64,000 nucleotides of DNA, taken from the NCBI GenBank assembly GCA_002633005.1, contig NMRA01000001.1, forward strand, positions 4,566,694 through 4,630,693, read 5' to 3'. Positions 11,126-23,800 of this stretch are shown piece by piece. The notes beneath the pieces were generated by a model that worked only from the letters and a program-made list of their open reading frames with translations, was not told the DNA's origin and did not search any database. The first letter of the stretch is position 1. Each line of letters starts with the position of its first letter. Made by a program: the position numbers and the translations under genes. Source of the DNA: Phoronis australis. Taxonomy: Eukaryota > Animalia > Phoronida.

Positions 11126-14100
11126 TCACACAAGCGGTGCGTTTATAAAAGTGGTAGTTCCAGATGACGATCGATCACAACATGCCAGCTCTTGATAACG
11201 CATCACAAGTTCAAAAGACTCTTTTTGAAACCTGCGCCATAAGCCGTCAGGGAGACCCACAAGCTCCGCGCTCATCCACTGAGCCCAAGCTACTCTAGAG
11301 TTGTTCGTTCCAGTCACTACCTCACGATCGTTCACACACTGTAACTCTAATCTTCGCTGAGCTTCAGACACTGGGTTACCTCTCTTGGCTATCTTCCTAA
11401 GTTGTTTAGTTTCTGATCTCTCCGATCTTTCCATAACGTGAGACGCGAGAAAACTGAATGCATTCATCACCCAACGCTGTCTGGAAGTGAGATTCACGTC
11501 CGGCGAAGCAAGTCCATTGATCTGTTTTCTTAAACGTCCATAAATCGTCCGCTGAGACCTGTACCAAAGCGAAACATCGCTTCCTGAAACGAAAACACAA
11601 ATACTTTGGTGATACGAAGACTAATCACAGAGAGTCTAATAGAATAAATAGCGTCATAGTTGATAAAAATTAATCCAAGCTCTCTGAGATGTGAAAATAG
11701 GCGAAATCGATAGAAAATGAGGATGACACAAAAGAGGACAATGACACCGACGACGCAACCAGCAACGACGACAAGACCGACGAACCAACAACCAATGCCG
11801 ACATCACTGCAGCTCATGATGACGACACCACCAGTTCCGTCTACCAACAATAATACTGCCGACGACACGCCGACGGTGCAGACAATCTGACATCGAAGGC
11901 AAGGACAACACTGCCAATGGCGACTGCGACAATGCCGAGGACGACGGCCTAAGACATTGGACTCGAGCAACACACGCTAAATATGACACTGTGGAAGAAA
12001 ATAAGGACATTAAACAAACAGGCCTAATAATATTGACGAGGACTTTGAAGATGGTATCAAAGTTGGAAACCGTAGTGGTACAAATTCCACACCCGTGTCC
12101 CTATGGACTTTGGTCACCGGGTGTGAGGAACACTATTTTTCTTCCAACAAAAAGACTTCTTACTCTTATTGCACTTCATGCAGCTATCTTGAGAAATTGC
12201 TTGGTGCTGAATTTCTACTAGTACCGGATTAACAACGTAACGTAAAAAGTAGCATATGCTACTAGCCCTTTATGGGACCCACGCTCGCAGCATTTTAGAG
12301 CCACCAATACAAGAAACGAATTCATGTTTCTACAACTATAGAAGCGCTGGCGAGAACCCAGTTTGGAAAGTTTGTGTTTGTGTCCCGCCATTTTCAATGT
12401 GTGTATGGTAAAGGGTGCGGGGCGACAGCCGATAAGCGATTTTCCAAGAATTTTTGGTGTCATAGTGCTGCCCAAAGCAGCGGCAATGTCACCGGCAGGA
12501 TCGCAAAAGGTGACCTTTAATGAGATACGGAAGGGCGAATTTTTGTGTGATTTCCCTACAAAAGGGTGACTCTGCGGAAGGATGTCTTTTCTGCTGGCAA
12601 ATCTATTGGTCTTGATTTTCAGACGGCACTCCCGTCACTTTTAGTTTAATACTGGAGTACGCAAAATCGGTATAAACAAAAACAAAGGGATCCACTCGAG
12701 AGGAACGAAGCGAGGAACAAAAAAAAAACCTCCGCTGGGCCCAAAAGCGCCCGACTTGAGGAGGGCGTGGGTAGAGGGAGGGTCCGAAGGGCCGGTATTC
12801 AATAAAGGAAATCGTCAGCTGGTGTTTTGTTCCACAGGTTCTGGACGGTGTGTTATTTTAGTTTTTCTGTCGTCCTTGTTCACCCATCGCGTGTACATCA
12901 AGGATGCATAGGCCTACCCAAACGGCTACGATAAATAACCAATAATAGTACTAAACGGTCTTTAACGACAGATCCTGGATTTCTAGAGAGGATGCTCAGA
13001 NAACTCTAGCTCCTGTGGTGGGCACTTTAGAGTCAAAAAACATCCAAGGAACGTAACGTTGTGAGCAGTGAAAGCCGTGCACAATGATGGGTGTGCACGT
13101 GTCACGGACGGGCGGAATGGCAGGTAAACTGTGCGAAATACTGAGAAACCGTGAGCGAGAATCCGTTCGAACAAAAAACGCCGACTGCTACGATAAGGAC
13201 TGCGACGGGGTCACGTAGTAGGGAGTGGGCCTCACCAGCTTCTAAGTGCAGGGCTCTACTTTCCTAAATCTTCCCCTAGGTCGAAAGACAGTGAAATATA
13301 GTAACGCAGGGGCGTAGAAACTGAGGAGGGGTTCGATAACTCGATCGAATCCCCCGCAAAAAATTAATAAATAGGCTTGTGTAATAAAAATATTTTTGTA
13401 TGGTAAAATTAAATTCAAATAAACGTTTTTGCATGAATAAAGTCAAAATAATGATAAAAAGAGACGAAAAAGCGGAAACTGGAAATCAAATAAGAGGAAA
13501 TCAAAAACAAGAGGACATATTCTTAAAAGAGGAAAATTCCAGGCCCTGAATAATCCCGGGGATTCTAAAAATTCACTTTCCCTCCAGTAAAACGGGGTCA
13601 CTGTAAAATAGTCTCTGCTTTTGTTCTTTTATTCATGCACATGAACTTGGATTTATTTCGTACCCAGAAGCAGGGTATAATTTGCAGAGATGCATCCAGA
13701 TTGTTGACTTTAGAGTTGCACCCAGCAAAAGGTATTGGCCGGAACAAAAAATATCCACAACAAGTGGCGGGGGAGAAAAAATCAGGTAGGGTTTAACCGC
13801 AGGTAAGGGGAGGGCTTTTCAAGTTATTATGGACATGCATAGCCATGAGAGATCGCCCGGGTGAGATATTATTGGCAGGGAGCCGCCGAATACGTCCTGC
13901 ACTAGGACTCTTGTGGTGGTCACTGTCCGTTGACGTGTGGCCTTCTTGGTCGTCACCTGTTTGCTTGTGAAACCACGGTGGTTTACTCCATTATATTATC
14001 CTGTGAGTCACATATTGGCTCTCGGTATTATCGCTTGTTTTATTTGCTGTTGGTGGTCTTCAAGGATGTTGTCCCGCGCCCCCCGCCATACCCCCAAAAT

Positions 14101-17100
14101 CCGCCAATGTTACTCGCTTATATTTCGCCGCTGAGTATGAGAGTGAAACACCTGTGTAACTTAGCATCCTTCGACAAACGTCAAAGCCGGGGGTCAAAAT
14201 TTAACGAGAGACACTTTTGACGCAAGGAGGAGGGTCGTTACTTAACTGGCCGGGTCAATTTTCAACGTTGGAAATTGTCACTTTTCTGTTGAAAACTGGC
14301 CCGGGGTTCATTTTTCAACGTACATTCAGGCATTGGAGTGTCAGCTGACTGGTCCGCAGCTTATCATTTGCGTCCCCCGTCAGTACGTGTGATTTAAAAC
14401 TTTATTTAAGCCGGTAAAGAAGCCGTATCAGTTGCTTTCCTTCTCAAAATTACTAGATATGCACCCATTTTGCGTTTACTTTTACGAAACAATGGTATTA
14501 CAGTGGCGGATCTACGTTTTCACCAAGGGGGGTTTAGGATTCCCGCCAAGGTCGAACCTTAGGCGNNNNNNNNNNNNNNNNNNNNNNNNNNNNNNNNNNN
14601 NNNNNNNNNNNNNNNNNNNNNNNNNNNNNNNNNNNNNNNNNNNNNNNNNNNNNNNNNNNNNNNNNNNNNNNNNNNNNNNNNNNNNNNNNNNNNNNNNNNN
14701 NNNNNNNNNNNNNNNNNNNNNNNNNNNNNNNNNNNNNNNNNNNNNNNNNNNNNNNNNNNNNNNNNNNNNNNNNNNNNNNNNNNNNNNNNNNNNNNNNNNN
14801 NNNNNNNNNNNNNNNNNNNNNNNNNNNNNNNNNNNNNNNNNNNNNNNNNNNNNNNNNNNNNNNNNNNNNNNNNNNNNNNNNNNNNNNNNNNNNNNNNNNN
14901 NNNNNNNNNNNNNNNNNNNNNNNNNNNNNNNNNNNNNNNNNNNNNNNNNNNNNNNNNNNNNNNNNNNNNNNNNNNNNNNNNNNNNNNNNNNNNNNNNNNN
15001 NNNNNNNNNNNNNNNNNNNNNNNNNNNNNNNNNNNNNNNNNNNNNNNNNNNNNNNNNNNNNNNNNNNNNNNNNNNNNNNNNNNNNNNNNNNNNNNNNNNN
15101 NNNNNNNNNNNNNNNNNNNNNNNNNNNNNNNNNNNNNNNNNNNNNNNNNNNNNNNNNNNNNNNNNNNNNNNNNNNNNNNNNNNNNNNNNNNNNNNNNNNN
15201 NNNNNNNNNNNNNNNNNNNNNNNNNNNNNNNNNNNNNNNNNNNNNNNNNNNNNNNNNNNNNNNNNNNNNNNNNNNNNNNNNNNNNNNNNNNNNNNNNNNN
15301 NNNNNNNNNNNNNNNNNNNNNNNNNNNNNNNNNNNNNNNNNNNNNNNNNNNNNNNNNNNNNNNNNNNNNNNNNNNNNNNNNNNNNNNNNNNNNNNNNNNN
15401 NNNNNNNNNNNNNNNAACATCGCACGAGTCCCGCAAGACTTTGTTGTGAAAGAACAGCCTCCCCGCAATTTCTGGTACTGTACACTTTTCGCGAATGCGG
15501 TCACTTTCTCAATGTGAGTGCCCCCTTGGTCATTCCTTGTATAGACATAACTGTGTGTCTTCAAACGGACTCGCGACCAGACCACGGCGCCCGCCACAAT
15601 AGCAATTCTTCGGAAAAAGATTTTTTTTCAAAAATATTACATGTACATGTACACAGTATTACATGTACATGTACACTGTATGATATTGCGAAAAACAACT
15701 TTACTATACACCAGTTACAAACGTGTTGAGTGCAATAGAATGACACGGCATGACAGACGAGGTAAAAACGCTGCACGTCAATTCGCCTGAATATCAGGGT
15801 TGCGGCACCGCAGTATTTCCCCTAATCAAATCAAAATATATCTTAGAATAAAGAAGCTAGTTACCTAAAGAAATCAGCTATAGAACTGCTCTTTCAGCGG
15901 TGAATCCATGTAAAATGCTTGACTACTTCAGAAGTGTCGACGGAAGCGCGCGCACAATAAATCCCCGCGCGTTTTGCCGATGAGCCACAAAGACTCAGCA
16001 ATTCACAATGCAAAAAACTATATTTTCAGAGTGAACCCCCCCCTCAGTTTTTTTTCAAGTTGGTTTACTTGGGGTTTACACACGCTGGCGGTGCCGTTTT
16101 TGGTTTGCTGGAGACGCTTTTGTTTTTTTTTTTAATTTTTGGGTCCTGGCCCGAGGGGNNNNNNNNNNNNNNNNNCCCCCCCCCGTAGATCCGCCACTGT
16201 ATTATGAGTATTTGAGTAGCGGTACCAAGCGCTTTGACTTATGCTCAATACGCGACCCGCAATTGCAGTCCGACATTTTGCTGATCCATGAACCTTAACA
16301 ACGACCGAGGACTCCTGTTGAATGGGTTTCTTCCATGTATAATTATTGTTCTCGTTTTTTTACCCAAAAGGTTGCACGCACTTGTTCTTGTGTTCAAATT
16401 CTGTTAGAGCCCGAAAAATGGAAAAAGATTCAATATCGGGCCTTAAAATTTGTTTTCCGAATGACCACCATATGCAGTCGTCGTATTCCATCTTACTGTC
16501 TAACTCAAACTCCACTCCGTTTTTGTTCAAAGGCTACAATGTCTTGGGGTGGTTGCTTTCTATGAATCAGATAGGCCCTTGCCCTCTCCAATATTTCGCT
16601 CCCAGACGTCTGCCCTGAGATCGAGGTACAGGGGAAAAACACTCCGAGCTGGTTGCACTACATATCCTTTGGGCTTAATTCTTTTCACCACCAGGGTTAC
16701 CTGAATGTATAAGATGTTGCCAAGATCTCTACCTTTATAAATGAGTTAAGTCGCCATATACGCCAAGCTTGTGAATGCCAACTTTGCCTACGCTGTCAAA
16801 TACTGTCTTTTGATGCTTTATACGTATGTTTGTATACTTAATTTTCGTACATAGCCCTTCTAACTCTTCTGTACATATATATTAATTTCTCATTTTATAT
16901 CGGTCACTATCACTTGCGCAACCGTTTTACTGTTAACCTGTTCCATACCGATATAAAATAAACATTTTACTTACTTACAACTTAATAATTAATTAATTAC
17001 TTAATTACATGTGCGGCGTAACCTATGGTGCGCCCATGAATAACTTACTTGGTTGCGCGAGCAGATACTTCTATTACAAAACTCGAAAATTTCATGCAAT

Positions 17101-18118
17101 CCAGTGCTGTGAATATTAAAAGGCTTATGGTATGTCTTCGGTCTATATTTTTATGAATTAAAAAAATTAGCAATAAAGTATCGTGAATAGTGTCCATATA
17201 ATAAAGACATTACCCCCCAACAACTAATCCTGCCTTGAGTAGCGAGCCGCCACAGACCCAACTCTGTGCCACTGCACGGTAACATAGTACGTCCGTGAAG
17301 AATTTTCATTTGAGTAAGTCAGTATTAATTGTCAGCATCGTCTAATACAGTGATCTGTTTTTAGAAAATTAGCAACAGTGGCGGATTTAGGGGGGGGGGG
17401 GGCATGGGGGCCAGGCCTTCCCCTAAAATTCTCCCGTATTTCATTTAACACCTCGGGGGTGCGAATGTCACACAGGCAAANACCAGGGGGGCTCGGGGGT
17501 GAATAAACAATGCATAGGCCCTCAACAAACCCTGTTTACCCTTTTTTTTAGTCAACAGTTTCGCAAACCCACTGAAAAATTCGAGACCCCTGCATCCCTA
17601 CATTTTAGGGCTGGGCGCGCGCATCTGCCCCAATTCTGGTTATTCCTGTGCCCTGGTCCCCCTAACTCAAATTCCTGGATCCGTCCCTGAGCAATAACAT
17701 TAGCTAAAAACCATTCAGACAACTCATGCAGCTCTCAACCAGTGACCTCGCCGCTGTGACCCAGTGACCCCGATTAATTCAAGACACTCCGCAACAAACT
17801 GCACCCGAATAACTAATTCAGCATACACCGGACCTGTAATATTTTTTACTTACCAGACACCCCAAATTCCAGCCCTTTCTCCGCTAGCATCCTATTTTTC
17901 TTGGGTTTATTCTTGAAGTCCCTCAGTGACTGGTCATAGAAGATGGGATTCTCCCTGAACCACTCGACCAGCTGCGCCTCCTGGACGTCAGTAAAGGAGG
18001 TATCAGTCTTCTTGCTTTTGTTCTGGGGTGGCAGATAATGATCTGCTTCTTCCTGTTCTTCTTCTGGAGCAGGCCCAACCCAAATTGTAGATTTGATGTC
18101 TTCTTCCATACTGTCCAT
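11126..18118 (-). CDS. MADF (Myb/SANT-like in Adf-1) domain protein with a BESS-like C-terminal motif. Exons 18118-17854 and 11583-11126; ~6.3-kb intron
   Basis: gccATGg start at 18118. Exon 1: FTDVQEAQLVEWFRENPIFYDQSLRDFKNKPKKNRMLAEKGLEFGVS g|gtaagt. Exon 2 follows tttgtgttttcgtttcag and continues in phase 1: GSDVSLWYRSQRTIYGRLRKQING...LTSRQRWVMNAFSFLASHV...RVAWAQWMSAELVGLPDGLWRRFQKESFELVMRYQ. The two halves reconstruct a full MADF pattern. Confidence 0.85.
11713..11980. repeat. Low-complexity (GAC/ACA/CAA)n tract in the MADF intron
   Basis: Degenerate trinucleotide repeats. The + reading is interrupted by stops and the - reading gives a spurious hydrophobic ORF. Confidence 0.6.
14501..16199. 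mobile_element. ~1.7-kb DNA transposon (contains assembly gaps) with 16-bp perfect TIRs and a 5-bp TSD (TATTA)
   Basis: CAGTGGCGGATCTACG at 14501 and CGTAGATCCGCCACTG ending at 16199, flanked by TATTA at 14496-14500 and 16200-16204. Confidence 0.8.
14566..15415. other. Assembly gap (N run); a smaller gap lies at about 16159-16175
   Basis: Run of N. Confidence 0.99.
16330..17010 (+). mobile_element. Decayed 3' end of a CR1/L2-group LINE
   Basis: Frameshifted pieces YNYC / KMEKIQYRALKFVF / SYSILLS / SFGLNSF / C.C..C match the recalled CR1-type ORF2 C-terminus. Ends in AATAAA plus a (TTAC/TTAA)n tail. Confidence 0.75.
17376..17689 (+). mobile_element. Non-autonomous element, same family, with a ~145-bp internal insertion; 5-bp TSD AGCAA
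   Basis: AGCAA|CAGTGGCGGATTTAG...CCTGGATCCGTCCCTG|AGCAA. Confidence 0.88.
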
Positions 18119-18199
18119 GGCAGCGGTTAAGTAGGGTGCTTCAGCCAACTTAGTGGTGTAGTCGTAAACTATCGTGCGTTCTGCCTTCTTGGTTACCAA

Positions 18200-18490
18200 T
18201 AGTCGTGCGATAATCGCAACTAACGTTTAAGTATCTACCTCAGATTCGCGAAACCAAGTCAAAGTATCTCTAGGGCACATCAACTATATCAGCAGGGCAA
18301 GTTTTCGGCAAGATCGTGAAAAAGTAAGAAAGAACCCTCAACGGTCGGGTGTCTAGTTCTGCTTCGGTTATCTTGTCGTATCCGGTCGCGTTGGACTGTT
18401 CGAAGTTACTATTCTTCGAGAACACAACACTTATACTTCCGGGTAACCAGTGGTGTTTGGTGGAGTTCATATGTGTCGTTTGTTTCAGGT
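18200..18490. promoter_or_regulatory. Putative bidirectional promoter between the MADF gene (-) and the MacroD gene (+)
   Basis: CpG-rich stretch between divergent genes, ACTTCCGG (ETS-like) near 18435, and a + strand donor CAG|GTAATT at 18488. Function inferred. Confidence 0.45.
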
Positions 18491-18658
18491 AATTTAATTG
18501 TGTAATGAATCGAAATAGATTTCATGCCCGCATTTCGTCATTGAACTGTAGTGTAGCCTATGAACGAAGACTATAATCGAGTGTCTGTGAGGTGGACTGT
18601 CCAACACCAACATTGGACCAGGCCAGGGACAGGGGCTAGTCGGAGCTATTATTAATAA

Positions 18659-18897
18659 TACGCCGGAAGCTTTTCGACTAATTATGCCTCACACTGGCTA
18701 AAACATCAGTCACGTTGTTATAAATACCTTTTGCCCACAGAGGGACACCTTAGGAGGCCATCGATGCATTTAATTCCTTCCAACTCGAAGAAATACTCCC
18801 GTAATCAAATTTTTCTTCCAGCAGTCCCTCATTCAGTTCCCAAAATCGGAAACTCACCATTTTTAACACTGGGCGCGGCAGGTGATATGACGTCTTA
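18659..18897 (+). mobile_element. Partial copy of the long-TIR element found at 58042-58456
   Basis: Shares TACGCCGGAAGCTTTTCGAC.AATTATGCCTCACAC and the internal TTCCTTCCAACTCGAA.AAATA.TCCCGTAAT segment. Confidence 0.8.
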
Positions 18898-19099
18898 TCA
18901 CCTTGATTACTGACATTTTTTATAAGCGTTTCATTCAAACTGTCTTTCTGAGGTATGACAGAGCATTGGAGGTGCATACTGCTCACCGGAGATCAACATC
19001 ATTGTTTGACTAGTTGGCATGGAGTATCGATGTCGGGTACACACTTCTTTTACTTGAGGACCAAATTTTGATGTGTCTGACAACCAACATTGTCTAGAC

Positions 19100-19258
19100 C
19101 AGTGGCGGATTTAGAGGGGGGCCAAGGGAGCCATGGCCCCCTAAACCTCTCCCAGATTCCATTTTTGGCAATTCGGGGGTGCGAATGTCTGACGAGCAAA
19201 ATCCTGGCTAATACTCTACCCTGCCCCTCCCTAACTAAAAATCCTGGATCCGGCCCTG
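19100..19258 (+). mobile_element. Non-autonomous CAGTGGCGGA-family element
   Basis: CAGTGGCGGATTTAGAGGGGGG...AAATCCTGGATCCGGCCCTG. Confidence 0.88.
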
Positions 19259-20883
19259 TAAGACGTCACAATTCTCTTGTCAAACATGCAATCCATGTTG
19301 TGTTTAAGTCTGATATGATAACAGCTACACAAACCAGCGTGTTCCGACTCTAGGTCAGGTTAGGGCGGCACTATAAATGTTAGGGACATCATAATCTGAA
19401 TCTGGAGGTTTCACCGATGTCAGATCTTATTTGGACGGTGTGGGCACAATTATGTTCTATACATGTGCTGCTATAAAATTTAGTGTAGTTGTTTATGCTA
19501 TTTTCTGTTTCTGATTCTTATGATGGATTTAGCAATAACCTGTATAAACTGAATTAAAGAATAATTTGAAAATTCATTTCAGAACTTACTATACAGGGTA
19601 TTTGGAATGCAACGTGAAAGCCGTAATGTTTCGACATTGTCCAATAAAGGTAGGTAGCTGAGTACACAAGGATCAATTTCTGTAGTCAGCTCTTAAACAT
19701 GCGAAACTTTCAAGGAAAGCTGTTGGACATGATGCAGATGGTAGTATTATCAGTCTCGAGTGTTTTAATGTAATTGAGTGGATGTCATTCATTTATGACA
19801 GCCTATCTTGTTGCATTTTTCAATACAATAAGTTTGCCTTTTGACTAATGGTCTTGATACTGTGATGCTTTGCACGAATTTGTTTTTAGAATAATCGTAT
19901 CTTCTTCCTCTTGTGAATAGTTTACAGTGCCGTATTTGTAAAGGGGCAAAGGGGCAACTACCGCGGATCACCTCTCTGAGTGAGGACCCCATCGGAAAGG
20001 GAAACCTCTAATATGAACAATAGTGACAGTTACTTAATTGCTTCATTGTGTGACCCTCCAGGAAGTGACCTTCCTTCACATAAAATGCTGTATGATTTCA
20101 CAAAAAACAGGAAAGTGGAGGTAGTCGATTCCATTTTTGGGCCCGTTATCATTAAAAAACACAAAAAGGGTAGCCAATGAGCCCTCTAAGGGCTGGGTCT
20201 CTACACATGAAAGGATGTAATTTCAAAAATTAAGAAATGAGCAGTAGTTGATGCTATTTGTCAGGTTCTCAATATTATCAGTTGATATACAATTTCAAGA
20301 AAAAACAAAAAAAAGACAATGACAGGAGTCTCCATTATCCCTTGCCAGAGAGGGTTTCCAGGAGAAAGGTAATTTTGCATTGCTTAAAAGTATCTTCATG
20401 ACTGTAAAAATCTGGTGAATTAGTACACTCTTCAAAAGCTGTGCTTTACAAGTTTTCTAGACTTTTTCAAGATGTATATATGAATGATTAAGTGCACATT
20501 TTTAAGTAAGTTTAGACTGTCTATACTGCAAAGAAATGGAGCCCCCTAACAACAATGTCGTGTCCAGGGCTTCAAAAAATAAATCGAGCTCTTAGTGGTT
20601 GAAGAATGTTCTCTTGAATTTTCTCTCATATCCATGTTTTGCTGTCCTCCTTTTCTCGACTGCTCGCAACCTTACTCCTATGCAAGTTGCCACGGTTTAA
20701 CCCCGACGCCTGAAAATTACTGTAGGACTCATGCCCGCTAGCCCCCTCTTCCTACAGACATGTCCATTGATATCTCGTCAAAGAACTATCACACTGTGTG
20801 CTCTATTTCTTGACAAGAGTGACGCATGTGTTTCAAAAGCCAGTTCATCTGCTCTTAACAGTGTTCTTTATCTTTACTTTCAG

Positions 20884-23800
20884 AGAAATTTCGTCAAATG
20901 ACGATTAAAGAAAAGCGCAAGTTGTATAAATGTCAAGACGACTATGTGCAATTAAAGGACATTCTCACATGGCCTGAATATGCTAGCTACCATTCAAAGA
21001 CACTCACCAAAGGTAAAATATATTTTGCTAAATATTTCTCAATCATTGAACAATTAACCTGAGCAGCATTTATTCAGTAAAATGCCTTTGATTTTAAATC
21101 TTACTAGAGATTTCTATAACATATGTGGTCTTTCGTTCTTTTGTTCTTTGGTAGTTGAAAAGTTTTGAAAATTATGATTACCATGTTTTAATTGTTTTTG
21201 ACTGACAGTGTGTAGATTGTAAGTATATGAAATGTGTTGGGCAGCAACAACAGTGAGTCAATCCAGTGTTTAGTGAGGATATACGGGCTTGAACTAGCAA
21301 GCTGGAAAGCAAACAACCGGTCGCTAATTTTGACTTGTTAAGTTTGCAGCAGATTGCAAGTCCCTTCTCAACATTTAACATTCACTTAGTGTGGCATTCA
21401 GGCAAATCATGTAGGTCCCTCAAAGCACTAATGCCCTGTGCTGATGAATTGCTTTCTGGAGCTTCCGTGAAAAGTCACCTTTCAGTTTTGTCCAGAAACA
21501 CCACTCTTTTGTAGGGGTTAATTTAAAATGATAAATTTAACCCTTTCACAGGAATTCGTGGACTGCTTAACCTGGAGCTGGATGGCAATATACAGGCTTT
21601 TTGCCTTCATGAGCCCAGAGATTGGAAGAGGTGTTACATAATACTTAAGAAATAAGAAGCATGTTCAATGACCTCTTTTTGTGGTTGCAGGTCATCAGGG
21701 CAAAAAATCTAGGGTGGGAAGTGAATCGTCGTATGAAGTCAACGAGGCGTTAAATGAAAAAGTGTCTATATGGACAGGAGATATCACTTGTCTGGAGATT
21801 GACGCTATTGTCAATGCAGCCAACAAAGGGTTAAGGGGTGGTGGCGGAGGTTTGTTGTTTGTGAATGTGTGTCTTGCTAACTGGTTAAAATACTGTCTGC
21901 GATATTTTGTACGCATTGTCAACCAATACCTGTTAACTTTTCAAAACTTCCCAATTTCAACACTCTTCTGTTCATGGGTTCTTACTTCTAATGCACTTTA
22001 ATCCAACTTGCTCTAGTTTTGTAGAACCCGACCAGAAAGTGTCCAGATTTGGCTATCTTTGGAACATCCTATCTCAGAAATGGCTTGTTGTATTCATGTG
22101 AAACGTTATGGTACTATACTGAATCCACTGTTCTCCACACCCTGTTCGTATTTGTTTTCAAATAGTTTCATTTTTGTATAAGGTTCAATCAAAAATAGGA
22201 CTGATACGATTTTCATGAAAAAACGTAAAAGTTGCAGTATATGACAACCAAAAAAAAAAACAGTAACAGCGTTTTTGAGGTTTGGATTTTTTTGCAACTT
22301 CTGTCACAGTATAATATCGACCCTGTTTTTAGACCGAGGCCTTCTATTGATTATCTGAGGTATTCGTAGGTGTTGCCTGGCACTGTCTGGGTGATCCTCT
22401 TACTTGTTGCTCTCAGTTGATGGTGCCATCCACTCAGCCGCGGGGAGGTCACTACTGCAGGAGGAGTGTCAAGAAATAGGGTTCTGTGATACGGGCGATG
22501 CTGTGATGACTCTGGGATACAAACTACCTGCTAAATGTGAGTCCTAGTACCAGTTCATGTAACATCACAAAAACCGTGGCACAACAGATGTTTCCAAATC
22601 GAGGCTAAATCCTGATATACCTCTCATCCATGGCTAAGCATTGCCGTAGCCTTTGTCAGGCATTATGACTCACAAGCTAATATTTGTGACGGTAAACCAA
22701 AAGGAGCTTTCATAGTGTGTTTTAGGAAACTGAAACCAAACGCGTCTGTTTTTAAGCAAATTTGTATAGTATTTATTTGGGTAAAAATTATCTTAAACAA
22801 ACTTTTTATGAGGAAGCCACTTTCATAAGTCAAAGATTTTGAAAAATCAACAGTTTTAGTTTATGGCTGTAATTGTTCTGTTCTACAAAGATGACCTTAG
22901 ATGAACATTCTTGATCAACAGGCTTCTTGAAAACAGCAGTTTGTGTACGATCTATTGACGAAGTACATGGTTCCATGAAACGGGACGAGTTTCTATGTAA
23001 TGTACTCCTTGCAAAGTCTTGTGTTTTGGGATCAAATAATTTAATTGATTCTATACACAGTCATGAGGTCGTGGGTTCATTTCCGTTGTGACAAGATATT
23101 GCCAGCAGAACTCAGTGTTACCCGTGACCCAAATGTTGCGACTTTAACACTCCTTCATGTTTGTATTGCTTCACCACATTGCAGATGTGGTTCACACAGT
23201 GGGTCCCATGGGAAGGAATGATGAGAAGTTGCGCAGCTGTTATAGTACTTGTCTGCAGCTCATGGAAGAAAGAAAACTCAAGTCTATTGTAAGTACTGTA
23301 TTCGCACTAATAACCGCCCATGCCCCTTATAAGCGCCCTGGACGGTTATTAGGGCGAATAGAGTAGTTGTGTAATATTACCTAATGGCTATATATAAGCA
23401 TGCCTGCAGGAAAGTGAACAGTACTTTTACATTTATATTTGTATGCATCCATTAACCTATCTTTGTATCTATCACACTTGTTTTGTGTAAAAGTTCAGTT
23501 AGCGTTTTAAGCATGAGCAGGTTTCTGGTTATATTTTTGATTAAAAACCTCTTTGAAGTTTGTATCTCTGGTTCTTTTTTGTAGGCCTTTCCTTGCATAT
23601 CCACTGGAATATATGGTGAGTTAACCTTTAATTTATCCAATATTTAACATATTGTGAGTTGTCCTTCTATTTATTCAATATTAAATATATGGTGAGTTGA
23701 CCTTTAGTTTATTCAATATTTAATATATGGTGAGTTGGCCTTTAATTTATTCGAGATTAAATATATGGTTTGTTGACCTTTAGTTAATTATTCAATATTT

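Noticed and set aside
11530-11973. 147-aa hydrophobic minus-strand ORF resembling a membrane protein
   Set aside because: Arises from a low-complexity GTC/GTT tract in the MADF intron, has a non-ATG start, and overlaps the true acceptor in another frame.
14432-15597. Four ORFs of 300-361 aa
   Set aside because: Artefacts of the N gap.
20265-20368. In-frame TGA in a possible MacroD 5' exon as selenocysteine or readthrough
   Set aside because: Not at a Cys-homologous position, no SECIS recognised, and the exon itself is unconfirmed.
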